Positions 1-9,796 of a DNA stretch of 64,000 nucleotides are shown here, in pieces. Origin of the DNA: an uncultured Alphaproteobacteria bacterium (GTDB lineage: Bacteria > Pseudomonadota > Alphaproteobacteria > UBA8366 > GCA-2717185); NCBI GenBank assembly GCA_943788635.1, contig CALSRA010000028.1:38520-102519 (forward strand). The letters are read 5' to 3'. The position numbers and the translations under genes are program-made. The notes beneath the pieces are model-generated. The model was given only the letters and a program-made list of their open reading frames with translations, searched no databases and was not told the DNA's origin. Numbering within the stretch: position 1 is the stretch's first letter; each line of letters starts with the position of its first letter.

Positions 1-144
1 CATCCCGGCACCAGATTCCCCAATAACCAGCGTCCAGTTCAGCCCGACAATCACATCTTTGGCCGTACCGGTGACACCGGCAGCCAGATCGGCGTAAAGC
101 GGATGATGGAGCCCTCGTCGACCGGCGTTGGCTGTAAGGTTCAT
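1..144 (-). CDS. hypothetical protein, N-terminal part only (gene runs off the left edge)
   Basis: An ATG at 144-142 (minus) opens a frame that stays open to position 1 (MNLTANAGRRGLHHPLYADLAAGVTGTAKDVIVGLNWTLVIGESGAGM). I did not recognise a family with confidence. Confidence 0.3.
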   Translation of the reverse strand, partial: MNLTANAGRRGLHHPLYADLAAGVTGTAKDVIVGLNWTLVIGESGAGM

Positions 145-148
145 TTTA

Positions 149-622
149 TTATCTGTTGCTTTGCAAAAAATCGCGGCCGACAAGCGATAGATTATTCCGT
201 TCGCTCAGGAACTTGGCGTTGGCTTCGCGCATAGCCTTGAGTATCTCAACGCCGACACTACCGCCGTCACCCCGAACTTCGTCACGCAAAACAATGCGCA
301 ACGTTTCGATATGGTTGCGGATGAGTATCAGGCAATCGTTGGATCGGTCCAATGTATCTTTTGTCAATTCGAAAAGAGATTTCGCGACGGCCGAGACGAG
401 CGGATATCCGAAAACGCCACCCTGGCCACGTAATTCATGGCTGATACGGTTGATTTCGGCAAAATCGGGCCTGCGCTTGCTGGGATCCTTGGCCCGTGCC
501 GATCTCATGTGGCGTTTGAGCTGCTCGATATATTCGATCGTCCATTTGACGAAGTCATCATTCCATTCATCCAGCTCTTTCTGGATTTTGGTGATGGTGG
601 CAATGTTGGCCTGAAAGTTCAC
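149..622 (-). CDS. Hpt (histidine phosphotransfer) domain protein; N-terminus uncertain because an IS21 end lies 14 bp upstream
   Basis: This is the tracked ORF 149..664. Residues SHELRGQGGVFGYP fit the Hpt phospho-His motif. The first 9 tracked codons (MVYFYSGVD) are IS21 terminal-repeat sequence, so native coding cannot begin upstream of 636. GTG at 622-620 is a possible native start; otherwise the gene is 5'-truncated. Confidence 0.5.
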   Translation of the reverse strand: MNFQANIATITKIQKELDEWNDDFVKWTIEYIEQLKRHMRSARAKDPSKRRPDFAEINRISHELRGQGGVFGYPLVSAVAKSLFELTKDTLDRSNDCLILIRNHIETLRIVLRDEVRGDGGSVGVEILKAMREANAKFLSERNNLSLVGRDFLQSNR

Positions 623-1264
623 GCCGACTTTTCGTCTGTCAACGCCGGAGTAAAAATACACCATTGGCCGGAGTAAAAGTACACCACTTTGTATGATGTA
701 ATACTCGGTGTTGCGGGTTGTCCCGTTAGTCCATAGGAGGGACCCGTGCTGCTTTGCGTAGCGCTTTAGCGTTACGCGGAGCGAAGCAGCGCGGGAGGTG
801 CCTGTGGGCCCACCGGGTCAACCATGTTCTCGTTGGTCAGGTTTTTTGGGGGGTCTGCCGTTTTTGGCTCTGGTTCAGGCGGTAACTGTCGCCGTTCATC
901 TCGAGGATATGAACGTGGTGGGTTAGGCGGTCGAGCAAAGCCCCTGTCAGGCGTTCGGATCCGAACACCTCGGTCCATTCATCGAAGGGGAGATTGCTGG
1001 TCAGCAGGGTTGAGCCACGCTCGTAACGCTGAGAGAATACCTCGAATAAAAGCTCGGCCCCTGTTTTGCTGAGTGGCACGAAGCCCAGCTCATCGATAAT
1101 CAGCAGCTTGTATTTTGCCAATTGTTTTTGGAACCGCAGCAGGCGTTTCTCATCCCTGGCCTCCATCAACTCGTGGACCAGGGCGGCCGCCGTGGTAAAT
1201 CCAACACTGAGGCCTTTCTGGCAAGCCGCCAGGCCGAGACCGAGGGCGATATGGGTTTTACCGG

Positions 1265-1273
1265 TGCCTGAGT
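1265..1273. repeat. 9-bp target-site duplication TGCCTGAGT (left) of the IS256-family element
   Basis: The identical 9-mer recurs at 2661..2669. The uninterrupted copy B has this sequence only once (27647..27655, reverse complement ACTCAGGCA). Confidence 0.9.
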
Positions 1274-2660
1274 GAGCTAACGGCGAATTTTGGTGACGGG
1301 GAATTAGGCGGCGTATCTTGGATGTTGTTCAGGCATCCATAAATTCCAGGAAAGGAAAGATACGCCATGACGGATTCTATAGTTACACCGCTAGTTCAAC
1401 CAGGGGCGTTTAGCGATCTCCTGACGGACGTTCTGCGCAACGGGGCGCAGCGTTTGCTGGCGCATGCTGTTGAGGCGGAGGTTTCAAGTTTTATTGAGGC
1501 GCATGCGGACGAACGCCTGGACGACGGCCGGGCACGGATCGTGCGTCACGGTCATTTGCCGGAGCGCGGTATTCAGACCGGCATCGGGGCGGTGCGTGTT
1601 CGCCAACCGCGGGTGCGAGACCGTGCGGTGGATGGCTTGGCAAAGATCCATTTCTCGCCCAGCATTTTGCCCAAACACGCCCGGCGCACGAAGAGTTTGG
1701 ACGCGGTCTTGCCGGTGCTCTATTTGAAGGGAATTTCCGCCGGAAACTTCCAAGACGCGCTGTCCGCCTTGCTTGGTCCAGATGCGCCGAACCTGTCATC
1801 GGACACGGTCCTGCGCTTATGCAAAAGCTGGAAAGAAGAGCTGCAACATTGGCGCGGCCGGACTTTATCGGCCCGGCGCTATGTTTATATCTGGGCCGAT
1901 GGGATCTATTTCCAGGCGCGCATGGAAGATCAAAGCCAGTGTATGCTGGTCATTATCGGGGCCACACCGGAGGGCAAGAAGGAACTGGTGGGCTTTGTCT
2001 CCGGCTATCGGGAAAGCGCCCAGAGCTGGGCGGAGCTTCTGATTGATCTGAAAGCGCGTGGTCTCGCCGATACACCGCTGCTGGCGATTGGCGACGACGC
2101 TCTGGGTTTCTGGTCGGCGCTTGGAAAAGTGTTTCCGACGACCCACCAGCAGCGTTGCTGGGTTCACAAAACGGCCAATATTCTGAACGATATGCCGAAA
2201 GCCATGCAGGCCAAGGTCAAGGCCGACCTGCACAATATCTGGAGGGCCGAGAGCCGTCTGGCGGCGGAAAATGCGTTGTCGGTGTTCTGTGAAAAATACC
2301 AGGCGAAATACCCGAAGGCGGCGGAACGGTTGACCAGGGACGAAGACGAACTGCTCGCCTTTTATGATTTCCCGGCGGAACACTGGACCCACATCCGAAC
2401 CACAAACCCTATTGAAAGCACCTTCGCGACAGTGCGTCATCGAACCAAACGCTCCAAAGGCTGCCTGTCCATGGCGACCATGGAGCTAATGGTCTTCAAG
2501 GTTATCAAGGAGGCGGAGAAAACCTGGCTGCGATTACGAGGCAAAAACCAGTTGCCGAAACTCATCACCGGCGTCAAATTCAATGATGGCGTCGAACAGC
2601 AAAATCAGCACAATCAAAACGCCGCCTGAGCTTGCCATCACCAAAAATAACGGTTAGCTC
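1274..2660 (+). mobile_element. IS256-family insertion sequence (1387 bp) nested inside IS21 copy A
   Basis: The imperfect terminal inverted repeats are GAGCTAACGGCGAATTTTGGTGA (left) and GAGCTAACCGTTATTTTTGGTGA (right, reverse complement). It has one 420-aa mutator-type transposase gene and is flanked by a 9-bp duplication. Confidence 0.9.
1367..2629 (+). CDS. IS256-family (mutator-type) transposase
   Basis: This is an intact 420-aa ORF. The block ...LAIGDDALGFWSALGKVFPTTHQQRCWVHKTANILNDMPK... and the C-terminal ...TTNPIESTFATVRHRTKRSKG... are typical of this family. Confidence 0.88.
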   Translation: MTDSIVTPLVQPGAFSDLLTDVLRNGAQRLLAHAVEAEVSSFIEAHADERLDDGRARIVRHGHLPERGIQTGIGAVRVRQPRVRDRAVDGLAKIHFSPSILPKHARRTKSLDAVLPVLYLKGISAGNFQDALSALLGPDAPNLSSDTVLRLCKSWKEELQHWRGRTLSARRYVYIWADGIYFQARMEDQSQCMLVIIGATPEGKKELVGFVSGYRESAQSWAELLIDLKARGLADTPLLAIGDDALGFWSALGKVFPTTHQQRCWVHKTANILNDMPKAMQAKVKADLHNIWRAESRLAAENALSVFCEKYQAKYPKAAERLTRDEDELLAFYDFPAEHWTHIRTTNPIESTFATVRHRTKRSKGCLSMATMELMVFKVIKEAEKTWLRLRGKNQLPKLITGVKFNDGVEQQNQHNQNAA

Positions 2661-2669
2661 TGCCTGAGT
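2661..2669. repeat. 9-bp target-site duplication TGCCTGAGT (right) of the IS256-family element
   Basis: It is a direct repeat of 1265..1273 and immediately abuts the right inverted repeat. Confidence 0.9.
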
Positions 2670-2993
2670 TACCGAGCGCGATAACGTTCTCACGTCGCTC
2701 GACATATTCACATCGGGCCAGTTCTAGAACCATCATCTTGTTCAGCGATGGGATGGCTTTGAAGTCGAAGCTGTCCAGACTTTTGACGGCGGGGAACTTG
2801 GCCAGTCTGATCCGCCGTTCGACCATGCGGCGTTCCCGGTCGATCAATTCCAGTTCGGTCAGGCGGACGAGATAGCGGACATGATCGACACCCTCGGCGG
2901 CGCATTGGCGGGCCAGCTTGTCGTATTCCCTGAGGAAGGTGGGGAGCCTGAGCGCTTTCAGGTGATGGGATAGCAAGAGCTGTGGCGTATCGG

Positions 2994-4547
2994 TCATAAT
3001 GCACCGCCCATTACTTCCTTATCAGAGCTATCGGTTCTCTTCGCCCCGTGCAGTAAGTTCATGTAACTGGCCGCCGATGTCGTCGCCACCTGAGCCCGTG
3101 GCAGATAAGGATAGATGTCCAGATTGAGCTTTGGCGGACGCCGCTCTATGCGGCACAGCAGCAGATGTTTAACGGCGTCAAAGCTAATCGCGCTTAAGCG
3201 CAGGGCATCTCTGATCGCGCCATGTAGGTCATTGAGGTCGAATATCTCAAGCAGCCTTAGGACCTGTACGTACTCCCGCTTCCCCGGTTTGCCCATCCGG
3301 GCTTCAAGGAGGCGACGCAGAGTTACGAATACATCTGGCAGATCCCAACCCACCAACGGCGCCGCCTGGTCCAGGGCACCGACCTTCTTCTCCAGCAAAG
3401 GCAGATAGTGGATCGGGTTGAAGATCAGATCCTCCCGATCATAGGAACGGGGATGACGAGCGATCTCCTCACTGGCGCAGCCGATGATGACCTCATGGAC
3501 ATAGCTACGGACCCAGACGTCCTGATGGCCAAAGGCGACGGGCACCGAATAATCATTGTTTCGATACCGTACCAGGGATAGGGAACTGACCCGCGTGGCC
3601 TGTCTATCACAGGCATCGAACAGGACGGGAGGCAAGTCTGCCAGCACATCCTGATCACGAACAAGCCGCGCACCGATACTCTCGCGCTCGCCACGCAAAA
3701 CATCACGTTGGCGCTTGCGGCATTGCTCTTCCAGGTGAGCATTGAAGGCATCCCAACTCTCGAACTGTGGAACCGGCACCATGAAGTTCCGGCGGGCAAA
3801 ACCGACGATGCCTTCCACGTTACCCTTGTCGTTCCCTTTGGCTGGGCGGCCATAACGATCTTCAAAAAGATAATGAGACTGGAGGCCGCTGAATGCCCGT
3901 GTCCGTTGTCGTGTGCCATCTGGCAATATCCGCGCCACCAGAACCTTGTCGTTATCATACAGGATCGATTTAGGGATGCCGCCAAAGAAGCTGAAGGCCC
4001 TGTTGTGGCCATCTAGCCATGCTTCCGTGGTCGCTGCGGGATAAGCACAAACGAAACAGGCGTCGCTATGAGGAAGGCTCATGACAAAATAATGGGCCCG
4101 GCACTGGATGCCGCCGATGACTGCATCCGCTTCACCAAAATCTGCCTGGGCATGGCCCGGAGAATGGCTCAACGGCACGTACATCTCCCGCTGACGTTGC
4201 CGGGCGGCAAAAACATAATCCTTCACGATGGTGATGCCACCGGCAAAGCCATATTCATCACGAAGCCGCTCAAAGATCCGCTTCGACGTATGACGCTGCT
4301 TCTTCAGACGTTTGGTATCGTCCTCAAGGATCTGGTCGATAATACCGACAAACGGATCAAGCTTGGGCCGGTTCGGCGCCTTCTTGCGGCGATAGCCAGG
4401 TGGGGTCGAGAACGCCAACATCTTATCAACCGTGCGACGGTCAATGCCGAACAACCTTGCCGCTTCGCGGCGGCTCATACCTTGAATTTTTACCGCATAA
4501 CGCACGCGACCATACAATTCCACTTGCTTCATCCCCGCCCTCTGCAA
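2994..4547 (-). CDS. istA: IS21-family transposase IstA, copy A
   Basis: The 517-aa ORF has the same amino-acid sequence as 25769..27322. It has an N-terminal HTH and a DDE core, and its end overlaps the istB start by 4 bp. Confidence 0.92.
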   Translation of the reverse strand: MQRAGMKQVELYGRVRYAVKIQGMSRREAARLFGIDRRTVDKMLAFSTPPGYRRKKAPNRPKLDPFVGIIDQILEDDTKRLKKQRHTSKRIFERLRDEYGFAGGITIVKDYVFAARQRQREMYVPLSHSPGHAQADFGEADAVIGGIQCRAHYFVMSLPHSDACFVCAYPAATTEAWLDGHNRAFSFFGGIPKSILYDNDKVLVARILPDGTRQRTRAFSGLQSHYLFEDRYGRPAKGNDKGNVEGIVGFARRNFMVPVPQFESWDAFNAHLEEQCRKRQRDVLRGERESIGARLVRDQDVLADLPPVLFDACDRQATRVSSLSLVRYRNNDYSVPVAFGHQDVWVRSYVHEVIIGCASEEIARHPRSYDREDLIFNPIHYLPLLEKKVGALDQAAPLVGWDLPDVFVTLRRLLEARMGKPGKREYVQVLRLLEIFDLNDLHGAIRDALRLSAISFDAVKHLLLCRIERRPPKLNLDIYPYLPRAQVATTSAASYMNLLHGAKRTDSSDKEVMGGAL

Positions 4548-4641
4548 AATGCAGAAAGCTTACCACTGGCGGATTTTTACTCCGGCCAACAACCAGACAA
4601 TCTGGCCGCTTCAGTGGTGGATTATTGCTCCGGCGTTCTCA

Positions 4642-5063
4642 ATCGCCTCGCCAAAATCCGCTTGGGCATGGCCGGGGGCATGGGCAAGCGGAACAAACAT
4701 CTCCCGGCTGCGCCGGCCATGTTCACGGACATAATTCTTGACCGTCGTGTAGCCGCCCTCGAAGCCGTGCTCGTCCCGTAGCCGCTCAAAAACACGCTTG
4801 GCGGTATGTCGTTGCTTGCGGTTCCGGCTGAGGTCTTCCAGCAGCCATTGGTCGATGAAGCCGGTAAAGCCATCAAGTTTGGGCCGCTTGATCTCAGCCG
4901 TTCGTTGATATCCGGGCGGGACCGAAAAGCTCATCATCTTCTTTACGCTCGCGCGCGAAATCCCGAAATGGCCTGCTGCCGACCGTTCGCTCATGCCACC
5001 TCGACGCGCAAGGCGAACCTTCAAATACAAATCCACGACTAAAATCTCCCGCCCTCCCTGCAA
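4642..5063 (-). pseudogene. istA: istA of IS-C, only the first ~140 codons
   Basis: MQGGREILVVDLYLKVRLARRGGMSERSAAGHFG...HAQADFGEA matches residues 1-140 of the 505-aa IstA at 32368..33885. After that the frame reads into IS21 copy A. Confidence 0.88.
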
Positions 5064-5153
5064 CCAGAAAGGGCCAAAGTGGCAACATTTTACGCTGCCC
5101 GCAGCGAGATTATCACGCCACTTCCGTGGCCAACTTTTGCACTGCCGTTCTCA
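4642..5153 (-). mobile_element. 512-bp left-end stump of a second IS21-family element (IS-C), cut by insertion of IS21 copy A
   Basis: It matches the first 512 bp of the full element at 32278..34818, including the terminus TGAGAACGGCAGTGCAAAAGTTGGCCAC (reverse complement, ending at 5153). It ends exactly at the outer base of IS21 copy A. Confidence 0.88.
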
Positions 5154-6585
5154 TAGCGGATCGCCACGTGCAACAATTGTTGCATTCGTATCAAGGCTGT
5201 TCATCAGATCTGCCAGCGGCCGCTGGCATTCAAATACGATTGTGTCAGCGTATCCCGACAGCATTGGCACATAGCGGCTAAACTGCAGGGTGTCCCCGAA
5301 ACCCTGTTCCGCATGCACCAGTAATTTGCCGTTCTCAAGCGGTGCGCCGTCCCATGGAGCGCTATTAAACTGTCGTTGTGTTACGTCGCTGCATTTCAGT
5401 CGTGATTCGTAATTGCACCAGCCATTCTTGAAATCTGCGGAAAGCAACTGGGCGATGCCAAGGCCTTTTCGCAGTTCCGCGTTTTCAGGCGCTAATCCCA
5501 AAGCGCGTTCATACGCTATGATCGCCTCATCCGGCCGGTTCATATTAAGCTGGGCGAGGGCAAGACTGCCAAGAATCCGGTAATCATCCGGCGCGGATGC
5601 CAGCGCTGCACGGTACTGCTCGATAGCTTCGTCCAGCCGTTCTTCTTCGCGCAGAGAATTGGCGAGATTAAGATGCCCGTGAGCCCAGTTCGGACGAAGC
5701 CGAAGAACGTTGCGGAATTGCATTTCCGCCTGGTCATGCTGGCCTGACCGGGTGAGAATTACGCCGAGGTTATTAATAATTTCCGGATCGTCCGGCCGCA
5801 GGCGCATCGCGATATCGAGTGCGTCTTTTGCGGCTGAAATTTCGCCGGCGTCCAGCAGCGCAAGTCCAAGGTTATTGTGTGCCGATGCCAGTTCCGGCGT
5901 ATGTGAGACCGCCAGGCGGGCATATGCGATTGCCTCATCAATGCGACCGCATCCGCGCATCGCCGCAGACAGCGCGCTTTCGCATTCCGGCCAGTATTTG
6001 CCGGGTTCGGTGCCAAGAAGAGCGGACTTGAACTGCTCCACGGCGGCAACGGGTTCGCCCGCGTGATGGAACGCTAATCCAAGCTGGTATTGTATCGCGG
6101 GGTCTTCGGCGGATTGATTCAGCGCGCCCTGCAAGGTTTTCACTGCGTCCAGAGGTTGCCCGGCGCCCAGTTGCAGGTTCGCGAGATGACGTAGGGTTTC
6201 AATTTCGTCGGGCTTCAGGACGACATACTGACTCCATGCAAGAATGGCCTGATCGGTGCGGCCGGCGTTTTCCAGACATTCAGCAAAGCTGCGGCTGAAT
6301 GTAGGGTTCATCTGGTCCAGGCTTACCGCGCGCATGAAGTAACTTATTGCCGCGGTAAATTCCTGTGTCCGTGTCGCAATATGGCCCAGGATATGGAACG
6401 CTTCGGCATTTTCCGGAAAGCTGGCGATAATACCCTGGCATATCACCGCTGCAGTTGGGTATTGACGCTCGTTTTAGTGCCACACGGCCTTTTGCAGCAA
6501 TTCGCCGGGAGTGCCGACAAAGGGTTCGCCGTCCTTTCGGTCGGAGTCCGTGGTCACCGCGTAAGGCCCTTTCAGTAAGAAACAT
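5154..6585 (-). pseudogene. TPR-repeat protein with a C-terminal GT9/heptosyltransferase-like domain (FlmG-like architecture); hit three times
   Basis: Multiple TPR repeats are followed by ...LLVHAEQGFGDTLQFSRYVPML. The 3' end is cut by the IS-C terminus, and the stop codon TGA is the first 3 nt of the IS. There is an in-frame TAA at 6476-6474 (...LLQKAVWH*NERQYPTAAVICQGII...). A probable +1 frameshift lies in TTT at 6570-6572, between the ATG at 6585 and the main frame. Confidence 0.6.
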
Positions 6586-6671
6586 CCGAATCCCGAATGG
6601 TGTCGATTCGAATATCTGGCTGGCCCCTTGTCAATTGAATTAGTCCGGAAGAGAAGGCTGTAGGATACTAG

Positions 6672-7628
6672 TTACCGAAGAAAGTTAAGCAGCAACAGAC
6701 TTTGAATTCTGGCGATCGTGGCGAAGGATGCCTCCAGGGATACCTGTTCAATATTAAGGCGGGTAATCGCTTCAGCGGGATCCACTTGCTCGATGTCGAT
6801 AATTGTCTGTTCAGCAAATGCTGCAAAATTTTCATGCTTGATATTGACGTCCCGCAGCAGGACCCGGTTGAGCTCCACTTCCGAGAATAGCTCATTCAAT
6901 GTCTTTTCGCCCACCGGTGGTGCCTCGATGGCAACGGTCAATAAAGCAATGGCGTCGTCGACGGCAGTGACTTCCGCGGCACTGGGCGGGGATGTAAACG
7001 TGATTTCCGATATAGCGTCGAAGGCGCGAATAACACGCTCAATCGACGGTTCATTCGCCTTGACGCCGTAGTTGATAACGAAGTCTTCATCGATCCTGGA
7101 TTGTTGCGTGACGTTGTCGCCGCCATACCAGTCGGTATCCGCTACTGCCGGGAAGGGGGGCACCGTCGGTGGTGTATATGTGCCGTTATTGAGGTCGACA
7201 GGTTTGTTCTGGATATTACCGCCGGCAAACAGGAAACGGCTTTCGTCTTTCACGTTGAGCAGGTCCGAGATCTGATCAAGCAGTCCCTGTGCCAGTGCCG
7301 GCAGGCCGATGACATTGGCGGTTTCACCGTTTTTGGCATTCAGCAAAGTCGTGCGGAATTCATGCGAAATTCGCTCGACTCGTTCGAGCGAGAAGCTCAT
7401 CAATTCGAGGCGGCGTTCGGTGGTTTCGATATTGGAACGGAATTGTTCCACCCTGGAAAATTCGTTCCGTACGCTGACAAGGCGGCCGGCTTCCTGGCCG
7501 AGGCCAGCAAAATCCTGCGCCTTCAAACCGGTTCCCACCTGGGTCTGTGCTTCGAACAGGCGTTCCTGCGTATTCAGGGCGGTAAATACCGAGAAGCGGC
7601 TTTGGGCGATTGTGGCTATTCTGGACAA
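6672..7628 (-). CDS. flgL: flagellar hook-associated protein 3 (FlgL)
   Basis: The protein is 318 aa with flagellin-like N- and C-terminal helices, and it lies directly downstream of flgK. Confidence 0.8.
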   Translation of the reverse strand: MSRIATIAQSRFSVFTALNTQERLFEAQTQVGTGLKAQDFAGLGQEAGRLVSVRNEFSRVEQFRSNIETTERRLELMSFSLERVERISHEFRTTLLNAKNGETANVIGLPALAQGLLDQISDLLNVKDESRFLFAGGNIQNKPVDLNNGTYTPPTVPPFPAVADTDWYGGDNVTQQSRIDEDFVINYGVKANEPSIERVIRAFDAISEITFTSPPSAAEVTAVDDAIALLTVAIEAPPVGEKTLNELFSEVELNRVLLRDVNIKHENFAAFAEQTIIDIEQVDPAEAITRLNIEQVSLEASFATIARIQSLLLLNFLR

Positions 7629-7638
7629 TGCGCTGCTC

Positions 7639-9765
7639 CTATCGGACCGAATTAATCAAGGCCTCAAGCATTTCCGAAGCGACTGTGAGCACCCGTGCCG
7701 ATGCGCTGAATGCATTTTCAAGGATAACCAGTTCTGCAAGTTCTTCGTCGACGTTGACGCCGGCATCATTCGTCTGCCGGAAGACCAGTGTTTCCAGGAA
7801 GACCTCATTGAATTGCTTGTCAGTACGGGCATCCGAGGTGAGTGAGGATTGGAGGTCGACGATCTGGGCGGCAAAACTGATAATCGTCGTTGATCCGGAA
7901 TTGATGCCGCCGGTTCCCGCGAAATTCAGATTGGTGCCGAAAATGCCAGCGATGGAATTGGCAATTGCGCCGTCACCAATCGACGTACCGACGTCGCCGA
8001 CAGCGGCGGTCAGGTCGAGCTGCCCGCGAGACAGCAGGTTGGTATTGTCGGTGATGGCACTATTCACCGCGATGACATTGGCGATACCCGTGTCGTTTGG
8101 AATTGTGTTCAGTGTCGTCAGCAGCGTTCCGGAATCCGAAATGATAAAATTGTCGCTTTGCGCATCTGTAATCGTGAGGCGGCGACCACCGGAATCGTCC
8201 GTTACCGACGCGGAAATTCCCTGCGCGGTCAATGCGGCGGTTCCGTTGATCGAAGCCGCAATAGCTTCCAGTGAATCACCGGTGGCGTAAGTCACCCCGG
8301 CGCCGGCCGTTCCGTCAAACCGGAAGGTTAGTGTGCCTGCTAATCCGACAGCAGTGGTGCTGCTGGCCAGCCGACCGGTTGAATATGAATCGTAGTCACT
8401 GGCGTTGGTACCGGTCGTCAGAAAGTCGTTTAATCCGAAGAAGTGGGAAAAGCCGCGGGTTAAGCCGCCGGCGACGGTTACGGCGCTGGTGTTTTCGCCA
8501 ATGGATATGCCCTGGTTTGCTGCCTGCGCCTGGATCTCCAGTTTACCGTCCGCATTCACAGATGCGGGTGTCCCGGTAAGCCCGGCATTTATCGCTGTAA
8601 CCACATCGGCGACTGTTGCGGTGGCGCCCAGTCCGGCCAGGTTTATGTCGGTGAATTCGACAACTGCCCCCGTCGTCTGATCCAGTACTGCAATGCGTAC
8701 TGACCCGGTCCCGGCAAAGGCATCTGTCGCGGCAAGACTATGTGTTCCTGTCAAGGTTGCCGGCGGTGGGAATGCCGTTCCCTGATTGTGCAAGGCATTG
8801 ATTTGTGACGTCAGAACCGAAGAAAGGCGATCCATCTCGCTTTGCAGGTTTGGCAGAATGGCATCCCGCACGTCGATCAGGCCTGCAATCTCGCCTTCTG
8901 AGATCTGGGTAGTGATGTCGTTTGCCCCGGTCACGCGATCCGCCGTACCGACGTAAATACCGTCGATGCTTCCGGGGTAATTCGCGTCTCCCGGCTGCAC
9001 AAACGCGGTGCTGGCGTCGGTCTGGGAAGCAGAGTTATGCGACAGACTGAACAATGATCCTTCGCTCAACAACGTCCGGCCACCACCGGTGAATATACTC
9101 ACCTTGCCACTGCCCGCTTCGAACGTCCGAATATCGATAAGTTGTGAAATCTGGGCGATGGCGACGTCCCGCTGGTCGCGCAGTTCGCCGTCAGGTTCGT
9201 TCGATGCGACAGCCTGGGCTATTTTGGAATTGAGGTTTTCCACAAAGGTAAGCTGCTGGTTGATTGTATCGATGCCGGTCGAAATCGACTGGTCAGCTTC
9301 AGCCCGAAGTGACTGTATGGCCGTGGTAAGTTGGCTGATCTGCACCATTGTCTTGCGGGCGTCATTGACCGCAGTGAATCGCGCCGCATCGGATTCCGGC
9401 GACAATGCCAGCGTTTCGAAATTATTGTTCAGCGTCGTCAATCCGGCAGCAAAGGTATCATTGTTGTCCGGGGTGCCCAGGAAGCCCTGTATCTGTGACA
9501 GGAACTGTTCACGCGCGTTGATAGCCCCCAATTTGCCACTCTGGTCTCGAACCTGTTCGACCAGGAACTGGTTAACGTTGCGCGTGACATCTATGACATC
9601 GACGCCAGCGCCCAGATCAACCAACCGCCGAGGCGAAAGTTCGACCTGTTTCCGGGTGAATCCGTCGGTGTTTACGTTGGCGATATTGTTGGCATTAACC
9701 TGCAGGGCCAGTTGGCTGGCCTGAATGCCGGAAAGTGCGGTTTGAAGGGCGAGGGATATCGACAT
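7639..9765 (-). CDS. flgK: flagellar hook-associated protein 1 (FlgK)
   Basis: The protein is 708 aa. The N-terminus MSISLALQTALSGIQASQLALQVNANNIANVNTDGFTRK is the flagellar basal-body rod/HAP motif. Confidence 0.9.
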   Translation of the reverse strand: MSISLALQTALSGIQASQLALQVNANNIANVNTDGFTRKQVELSPRRLVDLGAGVDVIDVTRNVNQFLVEQVRDQSGKLGAINAREQFLSQIQGFLGTPDNNDTFAAGLTTLNNNFETLALSPESDAARFTAVNDARKTMVQISQLTTAIQSLRAEADQSISTGIDTINQQLTFVENLNSKIAQAVASNEPDGELRDQRDVAIAQISQLIDIRTFEAGSGKVSIFTGGGRTLLSEGSLFSLSHNSASQTDASTAFVQPGDANYPGSIDGIYVGTADRVTGANDITTQISEGEIAGLIDVRDAILPNLQSEMDRLSSVLTSQINALHNQGTAFPPPATLTGTHSLAATDAFAGTGSVRIAVLDQTTGAVVEFTDINLAGLGATATVADVVTAINAGLTGTPASVNADGKLEIQAQAANQGISIGENTSAVTVAGGLTRGFSHFFGLNDFLTTGTNASDYDSYSTGRLASSTTAVGLAGTLTFRFDGTAGAGVTYATGDSLEAIAASINGTAALTAQGISASVTDDSGGRRLTITDAQSDNFIISDSGTLLTTLNTIPNDTGIANVIAVNSAITDNTNLLSRGQLDLTAAVGDVGTSIGDGAIANSIAGIFGTNLNFAGTGGINSGSTTIISFAAQIVDLQSSLTSDARTDKQFNEVFLETLVFRQTNDAGVNVDEELAELVILENAFSASARVLTVASEMLEALINSVR

Positions 9766-9796
9766 TGATAGGGTTACCTATCCGTTGCTCTGGTGT

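Larger units (their letters stand above)
837..2997 (-). pseudogene. istB: istB (IS21 ATP-binding helper) of copy A, split by the IS256-family insertion
   Basis: The N-terminal 119 aa (2638..2997) and C-terminal 110 aa (837..1169) match the intact 254-aa IstB of copy B. The break falls in the Walker A codons GNSG|TGKT. Confidence 0.9.
637..4641 (-). mobile_element. IS21-family insertion sequence, copy A, interrupted by a nested IS256-family element
   Basis: The terminal inverted repeats are TGTCAACGCCGGAGTAAAAATACACC (starting at 637) and TGAGAACGCCGGAGCAATAATCCACC (reverse complement, ending at 4641). It carries an istA/istB pair. It is collinear with copy B (25675..28283) apart from a 1396-bp insertion, and the lengths agree: 4005 = 2609 + 1387 + 9. 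Confidence 0.92.

Noticed and set aside
4068-4781. I examined long ORFs antisense to the IS21 transposase genes (4068..4781, 3425..4012, 25505..26248, 26304..26891, 33893..34417 and similar).
   Set aside because: They are mirror images of istA and istB in a GC-rich element and are duplicated only because the IS is duplicated. They have Arg/Ser/Pro-rich low-complexity composition and no recognisable motifs.
6447-6671. I looked for a possible independent small gene (flaF- or flbT-like regulator) between flgL and the TPR gene.
   Set aside because: The only protein-like reading (…KGPYAVTTDSDRKDGEPFVGTPGELLQKAVWH) is in frame with, and continuous into, the TPR gene once the TAA at 6476-6474 is read through. 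It is therefore better explained as that gene's own N-terminus.
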